A stretch of DNA of 64,000 bases from Azolla caroliniana. Lineage: Eukaryota; Plantae; Polypodiophyta. The notes below the pieces were generated by a model. The model did not search any database and was not told where the DNA came from. It saw only the letters and a program-made list of their open reading frames with translations. Of the stretch, positions 11,684 through 24,107 are shown piece by piece. The stretch covers positions 7,192,001 to 7,256,000 of the forward strand of contig JBHGNT010000010.1 of the NCBI GenBank assembly GCA_043228905.1, given 5' to 3'. The stretch's first letter is position 1. Each line of letters starts with the position of its first letter. A program made the position numbers and the translations under genes.

Positions 11684-13716
11684 CTATGCACTATCACATT
11701 CATCATCTGTATCTTCAAGCTCATCACTAATGTCCTTATGAGCTTCATTTTCATCAATTGCTTGATTTTGCATTCTCAAAAGTCTCTCATCATCTTCTTC
11801 TTTGTTGATCATATCTAATGTTGCATCAATTAGGCATAATCCCCTTTCCCTTACTGAGACAATGATTTGTATGTATGTAAACCAATTTCTCAACATGAGC
11901 ATGAGTCAATCTATTTCTTTTTTTGTATGTATCGATGAGAATGCACTCCAATTTCTTTCACAAGAAGATGCACATGAACCTTGAGAAAGCACACGAATTG
12001 CAAGCCTTTTTAAGTTTGGCGTGCTTGCTCCAAATGTTTCCCACCACTTAATTGCATCATGCATTCTAGTTGGATCATTTGCCATAGGAACCTGAAATGA
12101 ACTATTTTGTTGAGTTCTATAACCATAGAATTCATCTAATAAAACACCACATAAAGGTATATCACCATTAGTATACCGCATAATAGTTTCCATCCAACTT
12201 GTATTGAGCTTCTCATCATTATCTTGAATTTTTTCTCTCCAAATTGGATGCAAAAAAAAGCCAGTTGCATGCAATGGTGAATGTAGCATTTTCCATCTTT
12301 TTCCCCGAATTTCATCAAGCAATAAATGATCTACATCTTCAAGGTGGTTTATTTCTTCTATCATACGATGAGTACATTCATAAATTAAACTCATGGTTGC
12401 ACCTTCTCTATCCGCCAATCTAAGAACTTTTAGGATTGGCTTGCATATCTTTACTATCTTCTTTATATTTGCCCAAAAAGAAGCATCAAGTATAATTGAA
12501 ACAATTTATTCTCCTAGTTGTGTTTTTGATCCTTTCCATTGACACCATTGTTCACTAACCACCATTCTTCTTAATCCACCTTTGATTATGTCATCCAATA
12601 AGTTTGACAACATGATAAAACTATAGGCAAATCTAGTAGTGGAGGGCTTTAACAATTCTTTCTCACTAAACTTACGAAACATTGCCAAAGAATATTGTTT
12701 TCGTGTAATAAACACAATCGCCTTTGTAGCTAATTTCAAAACATCATGAACCCAAGCACATTTTCCAATATCTTCAAACAACAAATCGATGCAATGACAT
12801 GTGCATTTGGTAAAAAAGATCATGGGCCACTCTTTCTCTATCATCCTCCCAACTACTACACAATTAGTTGCATTGTCCATACAAACTTGCACAACATTTG
12901 ATGGGCCAATATCAAGAATTACATCCTTTAAAATCTTAAAGATATACTCTCCTGATTTATATTCTCCACTAGTGTCAACTGATTTCAGAAACACAGTGCC
13001 ATATGCAGAAGTAGCCATGACATTAATTATAAGTCTATTCTTGGTATTTGACCAACCATTGCTCACAATAGTGCATCCAATAGTTTTCCATTTTTCTCTA
13101 ATTTGCATAATCTCATTTTCAACATATTTCACCTCTTCATTCAAGTGCCTTTTGCGCAATTGATTAGGAGATGGTGGCTTATAAGAAGGCCCAGCTAGTG
13201 CCACAACTTTTATTAATTCACGAAAATATGTACTTCCCACTTTTACATCCGATATATCCTCTACAAAAAAAAACCTCATGATTGCTTCATCAGCATTTTT
13301 ATCAAGTTGCTTTTGCCATAACACTTTCAAAGGTTCAACATTGTCTACTTTCATCTTTTTACTTGTTGATGCATTACCAAAAGATGATGAAGGCATTTCA
13401 TTGATAGATGTTGATTCCACATTCACATCAACATTTGTGCTACAATTTTCAGCATTGCATTCCATTGATGACTCGCCATTCATGTCAACATTTGCACAAC
13501 CAGATACCATTTTTTGTATTTAGCTTTTATAACAGCATCAATTTGACGGCATTTGTCAACACCTAAACCTTTCAAGCCCAACAAGTGAGCTCTAATTTGA
13601 AAGGGGCCACCAACAAATACATGGTGACAATGTTTGCATTGAATAACAGGCATACCCTTATCATGTTTTCTCAAAACGGTCACATGATTCCATTCGAAGC
13701 TCTTTTGCTTCACCAT
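11684..13716 (-). pseudogene. hAT transposase (BED finger, DUF659-type RNase H-like core, dimerisation domain), frameshifted
   Basis: WNHV..IQCKHCHHVF..IRAHL; GCTIVSNGWS (D>N); VCMDNATNC; CTCHCIDLL; TRFA; WWETFG..P.L..LAIRVLSQ..ASSCERNWS; split across four ORFs. Confidence 0.92.
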
Positions 13717-13788
13717 TTAGTAAATTAACCTTCAACTGATCCTGAAAGAGATTAATTTGATACCTAAAACTGAATTAAAACCTTTCTT

Positions 13789-14460
13789 ATCCAAAATCTT
13801 CATTAATCCTACCTCTAATTAAAATCTATAATGATTGGATAATCCTACAATGATAGCATGAATAAATCATGGAAGATTGGACAACATTGAGATGAGAAGA
13901 GAGACTTAACGAGCTTTGGCAAAACCCTAATTTTCAGGGAATAATTTTAAGAGACTTTCTTATCCAAAATCTTCATTAGTCCTAACTCTAATTAAAATCT
14001 AATTATGATTGGATAATCCTACAATGCTAGCATGAATAAATCATGGAAGATTGGACAACATTGAGATGAGAAGAGAGACTTAACAAGCTTTGGCAAAACC
14101 CTAATTTTCATGGAATAATTTTCACAGACGTTTTGATCCAAAATCTTCATTAATCCTACGTCTAATTAAAATCTAATTATGATTGGATGATCCTACAATG
14201 CTAGCATGAATAAATCATGGAAGATTGGGCAACATTGAGATGAGAAGAGAGACATAACGAGTTTTGGCAAAACCCTAATTTTCATGGAATAATTTTCATA
14301 GACGTTTTGATCCAAAATGTTCATTAATCCTACCTCTACTTAAAATCTAATTATGATTGAATAATCCTACGATGATTGCATGAATAAATCATGGATTATT
14401 GGACAACTGAGATGAGAAGAGAGACTTACGGAGTTTTGCCCAAACCCTAATTTTCAGGAA
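13789..14460. repeat. ~174-bp tandem repeat x4 in the hAT 5' region
   Basis: atccaaaatcttcattaatcctac...gagatgagaagagagacttaac...aaaccctaattttca. Confidence 0.92.
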
Positions 14461-14748
14461 GCAATATGTAGAAAGGGTCACGTATGTCTTACTCAAGAGG
14501 AGGAAAGGACGTAGGCAAACCCTAAATTTCAAGGAGCCGATGTTTGATGTTGTTCCCTGTTTCAGCTATTCCCTACAGAGCTCTTCCCTATTCGCTACTC
14601 GTCGAATACATTTTTTCAAAAAACAATTAGGGGGAAAAAAAGTTAACAAATACTTGACCATGTATTCTTATGCGTATTCATTGGTATTCGTGGGGGAGGC
14701 CCCACGAATGCGAATATGTCAATCTATGGGTATATCATATATGTATAA

Positions 14749-15198
14749 CAATTGGCAACCGAAACCGAACCGAACCGCGGCTTAATGGTTTCACGATTTA
14801 AACGGTTCTATTTCAACAGTTAAACCCCTCGGTTTTTAACCGTTTAACTATTATTTATTTATTATTATTTTTAAATTAAAAAAAATGAAAAAATTTGTTT
14901 TTAAATAATCTTTTCTCACATTTTGGGAATTTTTTTAAAATTTAAATAACGAAACTTTTAAATTTTTTGAAATCTTAAAAATAAAAAATTAAAACTTTGA
15001 CCTAAGCTGAAAACTGAAACCGAACCACAAAACCACGGTTTTACCGGTCTACTGGCTTAATGATTTGATTTTTTTTTAATGGTTCGGCTTAACGGTTTCG
15101 TTGTTTGGTTCAAGTTTCAACATCTCTAAACGGTTCGGTTTCAAACTGGTTCAGTTTGGACCCTTTTAAACCGAACCTAACTAAACCGTTGCCGATTG
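14749..15198. mobile_element. Non-autonomous hAT-like MITE rich in AACCG/CGGTT motifs; truncated copy at ~10967-11280
   Basis: Imperfect TIR CAATTGGCAAC / GTTGCCGATTG; many aaaccgaacc motifs; no TSD. Confidence 0.5.
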
Positions 15199-15439
15199 GT
15201 GACGTGGCTCCATCCTCGAGATTCCATGCACAAGCAAAGAGAATAATCAATCGACTATCTTCTCAACAAAGAAGAAGAAGAAGAGTGAGTGCACCATTAG
15301 GGAGGCTTGACTTAACTGTTAAATAAATCTACTCGCCAAATTCTCAATGAATATATCCACGAACTAAGAATCAACAATGGCTCGGCTCAAGGCTAAACTA
15401 ATATGCTAAAACGGTTTAGTGGTTTTAGATTGGCTTGGC

Positions 15440-18400
15440 TAAGGAGACACCAAGACGCCCAAAGAGGCATGGGAGAACTTAAAGAAAATGTTCGCCGCCA
15501 ATACAAGCGCCTGAAAGCTTCAATTCCGACAAGAGTTGAACAACATTCGGCAAAAAGATATGTCCGTGTCGGACTACACCGCCAAAATCAAGAACATTTG
15601 CGACTCGCTTGGCTCCATCAACATAAATGTCAATGAAGACGAGATGGTTCAAGTATGCTTGGGTGGCCTTGCACAACGATTCGATCCATTATGGACGACA
15701 ATCTTGGCGAGAGAAAACCCCCCTTCATTCTTCGACCTCCAATCAATGTTATTGGTCGAAGAGAACCACGTCCGAACCAAAACGAAAATGTTGGAAGGAC
15801 AAATGTTGTTCTCAAGTTCGGACGGTGGCTGAGGACAAGGTCACAGCGGTAGAAGAGGCCAATTCGGCCCATCACACGAAGGGAACTCAAACCTTCACGG
15901 AAGCCATCAAGGAACCTTCGGAAGAAGGGGGAGCTTCCATGCTGAACAAGGTCGGCAAATGAGGCCCGCAACTTGCAACTATTGCGGAAAAATTGACCAC
16001 CGCGAGGAGGAATGCGGAAAAAGAAGAAGTGAGTCGGCTTGGACAAGTCGACAACTCACGAATTACGCTGCCAACTCCGAATATGATGACTACGGCGGAC
16101 TATTCGTAATGAGGCATAGAGAGAACTCTATGTCGGCCTCCGACTCCGCAAGCACCTCCAATTCGGAAGATGTGTGGTTCGTCGATTCTGGTGCCTCACA
16201 TCATATGACGTCACACCAAGAGTGGTTTCGTGACTTACAAACGCCGGACTGACCTGGCTTCATAGAGACGGGAGACGACACCACACATCCCATTCGGCAC
16301 ATCGGCAATGCCCCATTTGGGAAAGAAGACGAACAAACTTGCATCAAGAATGTCTTGCACGTGCCCACAATAACGAAGAATTTGGTCTCGGTCGGCCAAA
16401 TCGTGGAGCAAGGCATGCAAGTCTGCTTCAACAACGAAGGTTGTTTCATTGAGAAAGATGGCTGACTCATAGCCAAGGGACGGAGAGACAGTCACATGTT
16501 CATCCTCGATTCGAACGAGATGAAATTGGCCATGTATGTCAAAGGTCTCAAAACTGAGAAATCGAGTTGTGGCAAAAGAGAATCGGCCACATAAACCTCC
16601 AACAACTCCGAGCTATGCAAACAAAGGGAGTTGTCATTGGACTTCCGACCTTCGAGTCGAAACGAGTCGACCGAGTATGCGAAGTGTGTCAACTCGGCAA
16701 ACAACATCGACTCTCATTTACGAAGGAGAGCTTCGCAAGCAAAGGGCTCCTCGACGTCATACACTCGGATGTATGGGGACCGGCTCAAACGCCGATGATC
16801 GGCGGATGCCGATTCTACGTCACCTTCATCAACGACTACTTGCGCTACGCGTGGATCTTCCCGATGAAGAAGAAGAGGGAAGTTTTCTCCCACTTCCAAA
16901 AGCTCAAGGGACAAGTCGAAAAAGAAACCGGTTGGCACATTCGATGCCTACGATTGGATGGAGGCAAGGAGTACTTCTCTGATGAATTCACCTCCTACCT
17001 CCAAAGTGAAGGCATTCGTAGAGAATTCTTGTACCGACACACACCCCAACAAAATGGAGTCGCCGAAAGGAAGAATCGGCAAATAGTTGGGGTAGCACGA
17101 GCCATGATGCATGAGAAGCACATGCCGAACTTTTATTGTGCTGAAGCGGCATCTATGGCTGTCTATCTCATGAATCGATGCACCACTAATGGAGTGCATG
17201 AGCTAACTCCATACGAGCTCCTCGTTGGAAGGAAGCTGATCTTGTCACACCTCAAGGTGTTCGGAAGCATTGTGAATGTACGCATCCCGAACGAACAATG
17301 ACAAAAGTCCGACGCGAAGTCAGAGGAATGTATCCTCATAGGATACTCATCCGAGAAGAAGGCATACAAGGGCTACAACCCTTCTACCTCAGTGGTTTGG
17401 GTAAGTCGAGATGTAGTCTTCGACGAGTCCACATCCTGGTACCCACTAGAGACAACTTCGACTCCGACTCCGCTCAACCCGGAATCTGCCGAACTAGAAA
17501 TAGAAGATGGAGATCGCTTCGAACACATGTTCGAAGAAAGTCTGATTACGACAAGGCTTACTGGGCTACAAGAGCCCCCGCGTGACCCAAACATGCCGTG
17601 ACCAAGTACGACCTTGGACGAAGGCAAAGGAAAGATACTTGAATACGAAGTCGACCACCCCGACGATAATGATTTGGATGTGTCGGCTCCCTCACTAGAC
17701 AGTGAGTTTGGTGTACCCATAATGCGGACACCTGGAGTAAAGAAGGCACTCACAACGGTGAGTGAAAAACTTCGACACTCTTCTAAAGAGAAGAACCCCA
17801 TCACTCGGCTCGACTACAACAAGTACATGGCCCATCATTATGCCTTTGTGATGAAGATGGCGGCCGAACAAGAGCCCGAGAGCTCTACAGAAGTGGCTCG
17901 TAACCCACGATGGGTGGAAGTAGTCAACCTTTGCCCACACACTACAAGCCTTCGTCACCGGCTTGAGGGGGAGGAACCGAGATTGCCACGGCAAAGAAAG
18001 CTGAAGGCCGGATGGAAGCACACAAAACCAGGCAACGCCAAAAGCAGAACCGGATGTCGGATGCCTCACACTTGAGCTTGAGGGGGCGTGTTGAGAGATC
18101 AAGCTCAACTTAGTTTAGTTAGATAGTCAACCATGTAACTTCATAGTTACCTAGAAAGAATCTAGTTAGAAGTGTTGATTATAACACCTTAAATAGGACC
18201 TTGTACTTAAGTGGGATATTCTAGATCCTCCACTCCCAAGTACATTTAATATAGGACTTACACTTTTGTACCTATATTCTCGCCACACATGTGCACCCTT
18301 GCACATGAGATCTATATATACCTCATTGTAGGTATTTTTATATTCGATGATGATAATGCTAATTTAATATAGAGTTAATCATCCTCCATCTTGTGTTATT

Positions 18401-18531
18401 CATAAGTGTATCTTCCGTGCTCTCTCTTCCTCTCACACACATACACACACATATCACATAACCTTCCGCGCTTAAGTTAATAACATAATTAGGTACTAAT
18501 TAACCCATAGTTAATCACCTAATTATTAACA
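15440..18531 (+). mobile_element. Copia element K: 5'-truncated, RT/RNase H deleted; gag-PR-IN remnants, PPT and 3' LTR (18089-18531)
   Basis: CNYCGKIDHREEEC zinc knuckle, WFVDSGASHHM protease, IHSDVWGP/QNGVAERKNR integrase; jump after NPRWVE (~17925); PPT ttgagggggcg then TGTTGAGA...TTAACA. Confidence 0.9.
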
Positions 18532-19060
18532 GTCCCCTTTGCATCGACCTCTGCTTTGTTGGTTGTGTTCCCTCTACCTCCAAGTGTTCTCCCTTGATCA
18601 TTTGAGAGCTTCGTACATGCATATGCTTGAATTTGAGAGTCTTGTACATGCATATGTCATTTTCTATAGGTGCTTGAATGTTGTACATGTTGATATATTG
18701 AAAGAGGGTTCTTGTTAAATGATCTTGTTCTTGTACTTGTTCTTGTCTATTTGTGGTTGTTCTTTTTGTTGTTCGTGTTGTTCTTGTCGTCCTTATTGTT
18801 ATTGTTTTCCTACCTGATTTAGTACTGTTATGATGCATGTATATGTTGTGTATCAGGAGTGAACATTATATTTCATGTTCGGCATTTCCTTGAATTTTGT
18901 ACAAGTTGACATATGGAAAGAGGGTACGCTGTCCGGTTTTCCTGGCATTAAATGTTATTGTGATTTGCTGTTATTTACTATTATTTACTATTGTTGTGCA
19001 TGATTTACTGTTATTTACTATTGTTGTGCATGTGAGGCAAAGAAGAGAGACAGGACTCAC

Positions 19061-22000
19061 ATGACAAGGAAGACACCCACGAAGAAGAAAATAGTCAAAG
19101 AAAATGTCAACACACCATGCAAAGAAAGAAAAAGGATTCCCATCAAAGAAAGTAAGATGACCCCCACCAGAGGGAGGTCGAAGTTTTCAACAACTCAGGG
19201 CAAGAAGATTACACAAACATCCTTCGAGGTACAAAATTAGGATGGGGATATTTCCTTTATGCACGACCTAACACTTATGAAGACCTAGACATGTGGATGA
19301 TGAAAACTTGGGGCTCATCACAACCCAAGACAAGGAGAGGTTTCCACCTCACTCAATTGAAGAAGAATTATATCACTGAACTAAAGTCACGATATGAACA
19401 AGTTTATGATACGAAACATGTCCTAAACAATGAGGTAGGAGTTGTCTTTGCACGTGCATTTGCATGTGAACTCCATGGTGGCATTGAAGTTGATTGGGAA
19501 GATTTTGCTCATCATCGATCATCACATTAGAGGGTCCTCAAGTACCAACACTACCATGAAGTTTGAGGGTACCTCTCATATTGAAATCATAGCTAGGACA
19601 TCTGTGTTGACTCAACAAATTGCAAAACAAAGAGCCACACTAACAGAAAAGCATGAAGAGTGATTGTTGCGTTGTATACCTTCCATGCAAACAAAAATGC
19701 AAGCACTGAATGCCGATTTGAAAGAAGTTTCATATGGTGAGATGGCGGCAGAGAAACAATTCACATCTATGTCGAATACATATGAATGGATTGCATCAAC
19801 AATCCAAATTTCTAAAAGTGATGTGTTGAAAGAGGAGTTGAAGAAGGAGCTCACAAATATGGGTACTCATCTGGAAGCACAGAAGAAAGATCTAGAGACA
19901 TGGAGGTCTTCTCGTTCTGAAATTGATGAACAGTTATTACCCTTAAAGCTGCATTCAGAGAACCTAACATGTTTGATGAAGGGTCTAAAAGAGAAAGGTT
20001 TAGATACTCTGTGTCCAGATGTAGTTGAACACCCCGCTTGCATGGAAAGTAAAATTACAAGTATTACTATATCACGGTAATGGTTTATATTTTTCCGTTT
20101 TGACCTTCTATGGTATAAAATATTATTGGTGTTAATATAGTGTATCTTGTGTCTCGTTACTGAAGGTGTTTATTCTGTGGCCTTGGATTCAAGCTTAAGG
20201 CTATGGATGCTATCATTACACCATGCTTGCACACATATAATTTGTTATGCTCTAAGTACCATTTCGAGAAAGAAAATATATGTTTGGACTATAAAAGTAC
20301 AGTTGGAACCGAATGGTACTTAGCTTGGGGTTTGAAAGTACATTCCTATGGTATGTGATTAAGCATTAAGCAATTTTTATACTATGATTTTATAATTTTA
20401 CTTTTGGTTCAATTCTTATACCTATGAGTATTGTTCCCTCAAGATCCTTTATTCATGATTTAGTACTAACATTACTGATTACATTGTAATCCTTGGTGAT
20501 TAGTTGATTCAGTGTTGATTATTTAGTACCAAAGGTCTTAAATGTTTAGTTGTATAACTTGAATTAGTACTAACATTGTTTATTGCATTGTACTTTTTGT
20601 GTCCACTTGACTTAGGTTTTGCATGAACAAAAAATAGGCATAAAGGTCTTGGTTGTTTAGTACTAACATTGTTCATTACCACATGAAATATGCATGTCTA
20701 GGTGGTTCAATATTGCTCCTTTAAGTTCCTTTACATTGTACGTTTAGTACTAACATTGTTCATTACCACATGAAATATCAACTTTTTGTGTCCAGATGGT
20801 TCAGTACTGTGCCCACTAACAATACTGATTACATTGTATTTCTTGGTGATCAATTGATTAAGTATTGATTATTTAGTACTGAAGGTCTTAATTGTCCACT
20901 GGACTACTTGTATTAGTACTAAATTGTTTATTACATTGTACGTTTTGTGTCCACTTGACTTAGGCTCTGCATGACCGAACAACATCACATGAATCTCTTG
21001 GCTATTTAGTACTAACATTAATGATTATTGATTATAATGTATTCCTTCATGATCAGTTGAATCAATACTGATTATTTAATATTGAAGGTCTTAAATGTCC
21101 ACTTGATTCAGTACTAATAATATTTGTAATATTGGACTCATGTTATAATATGTACTCTTATAATATGTATTCTTATAATATGAATGTTGTAGTATCTAGC
21201 AACACCACGCCATGGAAGGTAATTGACCAACCAACCCCCATGATACTACGTATAGAGTTAGCTGCTAATTCCAAAGTCCACGGTCGTTCCTTAGTGATAC
21301 TTGAAGAAATTTATGATGAAGATGAATGTATGAGAAGGGCCATTGGAGCAGTTGAAGATGTTTTGCTTCAAACAAATTCTCCTAGCTCGGCGATCCCTGA
21401 CTGTGTGAATGGTAATGCTAATTGTGTTTGCACATCTAAGTTTTGAATTGTTGGTATACTTCTAATTTCTTATGTTTCTATCACAGAGCCTACGAAGAAG
21501 TGTAATGCTGCAAGGAAATTGTATGGAAAGGGGAAGAAATGCAAAGTTGATTGTTGTGGTGGGTCATACAAATTCTCACAAACTTTTAGAGTTGTAAAGT
21601 TATATTTGTTAGACTAATACCACATACTTTTATTTTTAGACAAGGAAGAAAAGATTAATGAAAATGGAGATACCGATTCAGAACCACAATATGAAGAAGA
21701 ATTTATCTCACTTCTAGGTACATGTTGGGAACCCTCTCATCTAATAGTTATTTTGACCACATTACCCTAGTGACAATAATGTACACGTGTATTAATATAT
21801 AGAAAGAGTTGTGAAATCTTGGTAGGATGAAGAGCCCCAACCTAAGACTGGCACCATCCCAAGCAATAATGACAAGTGTGATGCCAATGCAAACCAGGAC
21901 TTGCAGCAAATGGCAAACACAATCATTTGCAAAGACTCATCTACAAAAGATTAGGATGAAGATGTAACAGTAGGTAAACATTTGTCCCTTAACCTTAAAC

Positions 22001-22843
22001 ATTTGGCTAGGTGCCTTCACTTTTTAAGAATGTGAATTGATATTGTTCTTGTATCCCTCTATTTGATTTAGGAGTAAAAGAACATGGAGATTCCCAAATA
22101 CCATCAAATGATTCAGGCAGTTTATGGAGCAATCTTGATTACTCAGGCTCAGATGCTACCACACATGAGGAATGTGAAATCACCCAAAAAGAGGAGCTGG
22201 AGTGCACAAAGAATGAGGTGACAAGCAACTTATATGAGGAGTCTGCAGGGAATGTGAATTTGACCCAAGGAGAGGATCATGGTTGTACAAAGAATGAGGT
22301 GTGTGTCCAGAACACCGCAAGTAGCCTTAACCTAGGGCAAGATTGTATCATCAAGGAGATTGTTGCAACCACCCAAGAAGAAGAACAGGGTGGTACTATG
22401 AATGAGGTGTCTTACCAAAACACTGCAAGTAGCCTACACTTGGAGCAAGACTGTAGAAAGAATCAAGTGTCTAGCATCATCAACAAGGAGTTTGCAATGA
22501 AGACGACAACCACCCAAGAAGAGGAACATGTTTGTACTCCTAATAAAGTGTTAGTGTAGAACACTGGTTCTACCCATGAAGAGGGGCCGAGAAAATGGAA
22601 GAATGAGGTGTCCAATGACTTCCAGGAGATTAATGGTAAGACTATCGACCGGATCTTCTTGGAAGTTTGTGCATCTTAGGTAGTTGCAATAGAGCACACT
22701 GTTCCCTCAAGCTTGGCTTCCCCCTCCGATGATGAATTGCCACTCAGTAGTTTACTACCTCGTGGATTTAAGATGAAGAAGGGTGTGAAATTTGAGAAGA
22801 ATGAAACCAAAAATAGGCGCATTACAAGTTCCAGAAAAAACTA
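19061..22843 (+). pseudogene. Decayed multi-exon TE-associated gene: N-terminal domain, coiled coil, RING-like finger, acidic tail
   Basis: ARAFACELHGGIEVDWEDFA; heptad-rich 19664-20000; splicing 20077-20165 gives RCLFCG...TPCLHTYNLLC...ICLDY...WYLAWG; more GT-AG introns (e.g. 20351-21199); several stops. Confidence 0.6.
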
Positions 22844-22865
22844 AAACCAAAGTTTATTGCATTTA

Positions 22866-23590
22866 GATCGTTGTCTGTAATTGATTACCGAATGCGAAGT
22901 TATTGATGACTTGCTTCTTGATACAGTTTTGGTTTACTTATCTAGAATGTGAATTTGATACTATTTTAGAACTCATATATTTGAGAATGATCACATTGAC
23001 ACTTGTTATACACACATGTGACAGTGAGAAGATGAGTGATGAGTGGAATGAACACTGCTATCTTAGGTATGTCTAGGTTAGTAAACACTTAACACAATTT
23101 AAGTACTAACTTGATATGCATTGTAGTTAGTTTTCTATTACCTCGTGCCACTCAATACTCTGAGAGATCGTTGACTGTAATTGATAGGAATGCTAAGTTA
23201 TTGATTACCTGCTTCTTGATACTGTTTTGGTTTACTTGTTATGCACACATGTGACAGTGAGAAGATGAGTGATGAGTGGAATGAACACTCCTATCTTAGA
23301 TATGTCTAGGTTAGTAAATACTTAACACAGTTTAAGTACTAACTTGATATGCATTGTAGTTAGTTGTCTACTACCTTGTGCCACTCAGTAGTTTGAGAGA
23401 TCATTGTCTGTAATTGATAGGAATGCTAAGTTATTGATTACATGCTTCTTGACATTGTTTTGGTTTACTTGTTATGCACACATGTGATAGTGAGAAGATG
23501 AGTAACGAGTGGAATGAACACTCCTATCTTAGATATGTCTAGGTTAGCAAACACTTAACACAGTTTTAGTACTAACTTTATATGCATTGT
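22866..23590. repeat. ~235-bp tandem repeat x3, plus a partial copy at ~23797-23895
   Basis: gatcgttgtctgtaattgat...cacacatgtgacagtgagaagatgagt...aacactcctatcttag repeated. Confidence 0.9.
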
Positions 23591-24107
23591 ACTAACTTTG
23601 ATACATATGAACTCCTAAAGAGTTATACGCATAACATAGTATGTATACTTGAACAAACCTTTGTATTAGTACTAGCATTTAACATGTTCAATCTCCTCCC
23701 TCATAAGTGTACCACACACTAGACAAAGCAAAGTGGATATAATGAAGGAAAGAGTGGGTGCTATGAAGGATGAGCGTTCCTTACTTTTAACATGTGTGTG
23801 ACAGTGAGAAGATGAGTAAAACTTGGAATGAACACTCCTAACTTGGATATCTCTAGGTTTGTAAACACTTAATGCAGTTTGAGTGAGTACTAACCAAAGA
23901 GATTTTTTACCAAGCACTAGACACAGATTGTAAAAGAAACATACATATCTAAACCAAAGAGGGATATTGTTAGATTTGTCATTGCAAACTCATATAATTC
24001 AAAAAGATACATATGAAAACCCAACATGATATATTTCCTTTCATTTGTATGTTAGAGTTTGAATACATGCGAAAGTTACATACGAAGAGCACTTGCCATT
24101 CTAAGCA

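Larger units (their letters stand above)
11372..14728 (-). mobile_element. hAT DNA transposon, both ends present
   Basis: 11-bp TIR CATAGATTGAC/GTCAATCTATG; perfect 8-bp TSD GGTATATC (11364-11371, 14729-14736). Confidence 0.95.
10877..15065. repeat. ~420-bp tandem duplication (copy 1 ~10877-11295; copy 2 ~11296-11371 plus 14737-15065, split by the hAT)
   Basis: acgcagaacatgata...aaatgggtatatc then atatgtataacaat.ggcaac.gaaaccgaac...ttgacctaag.tgaaaac present twice. Confidence 0.85.
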
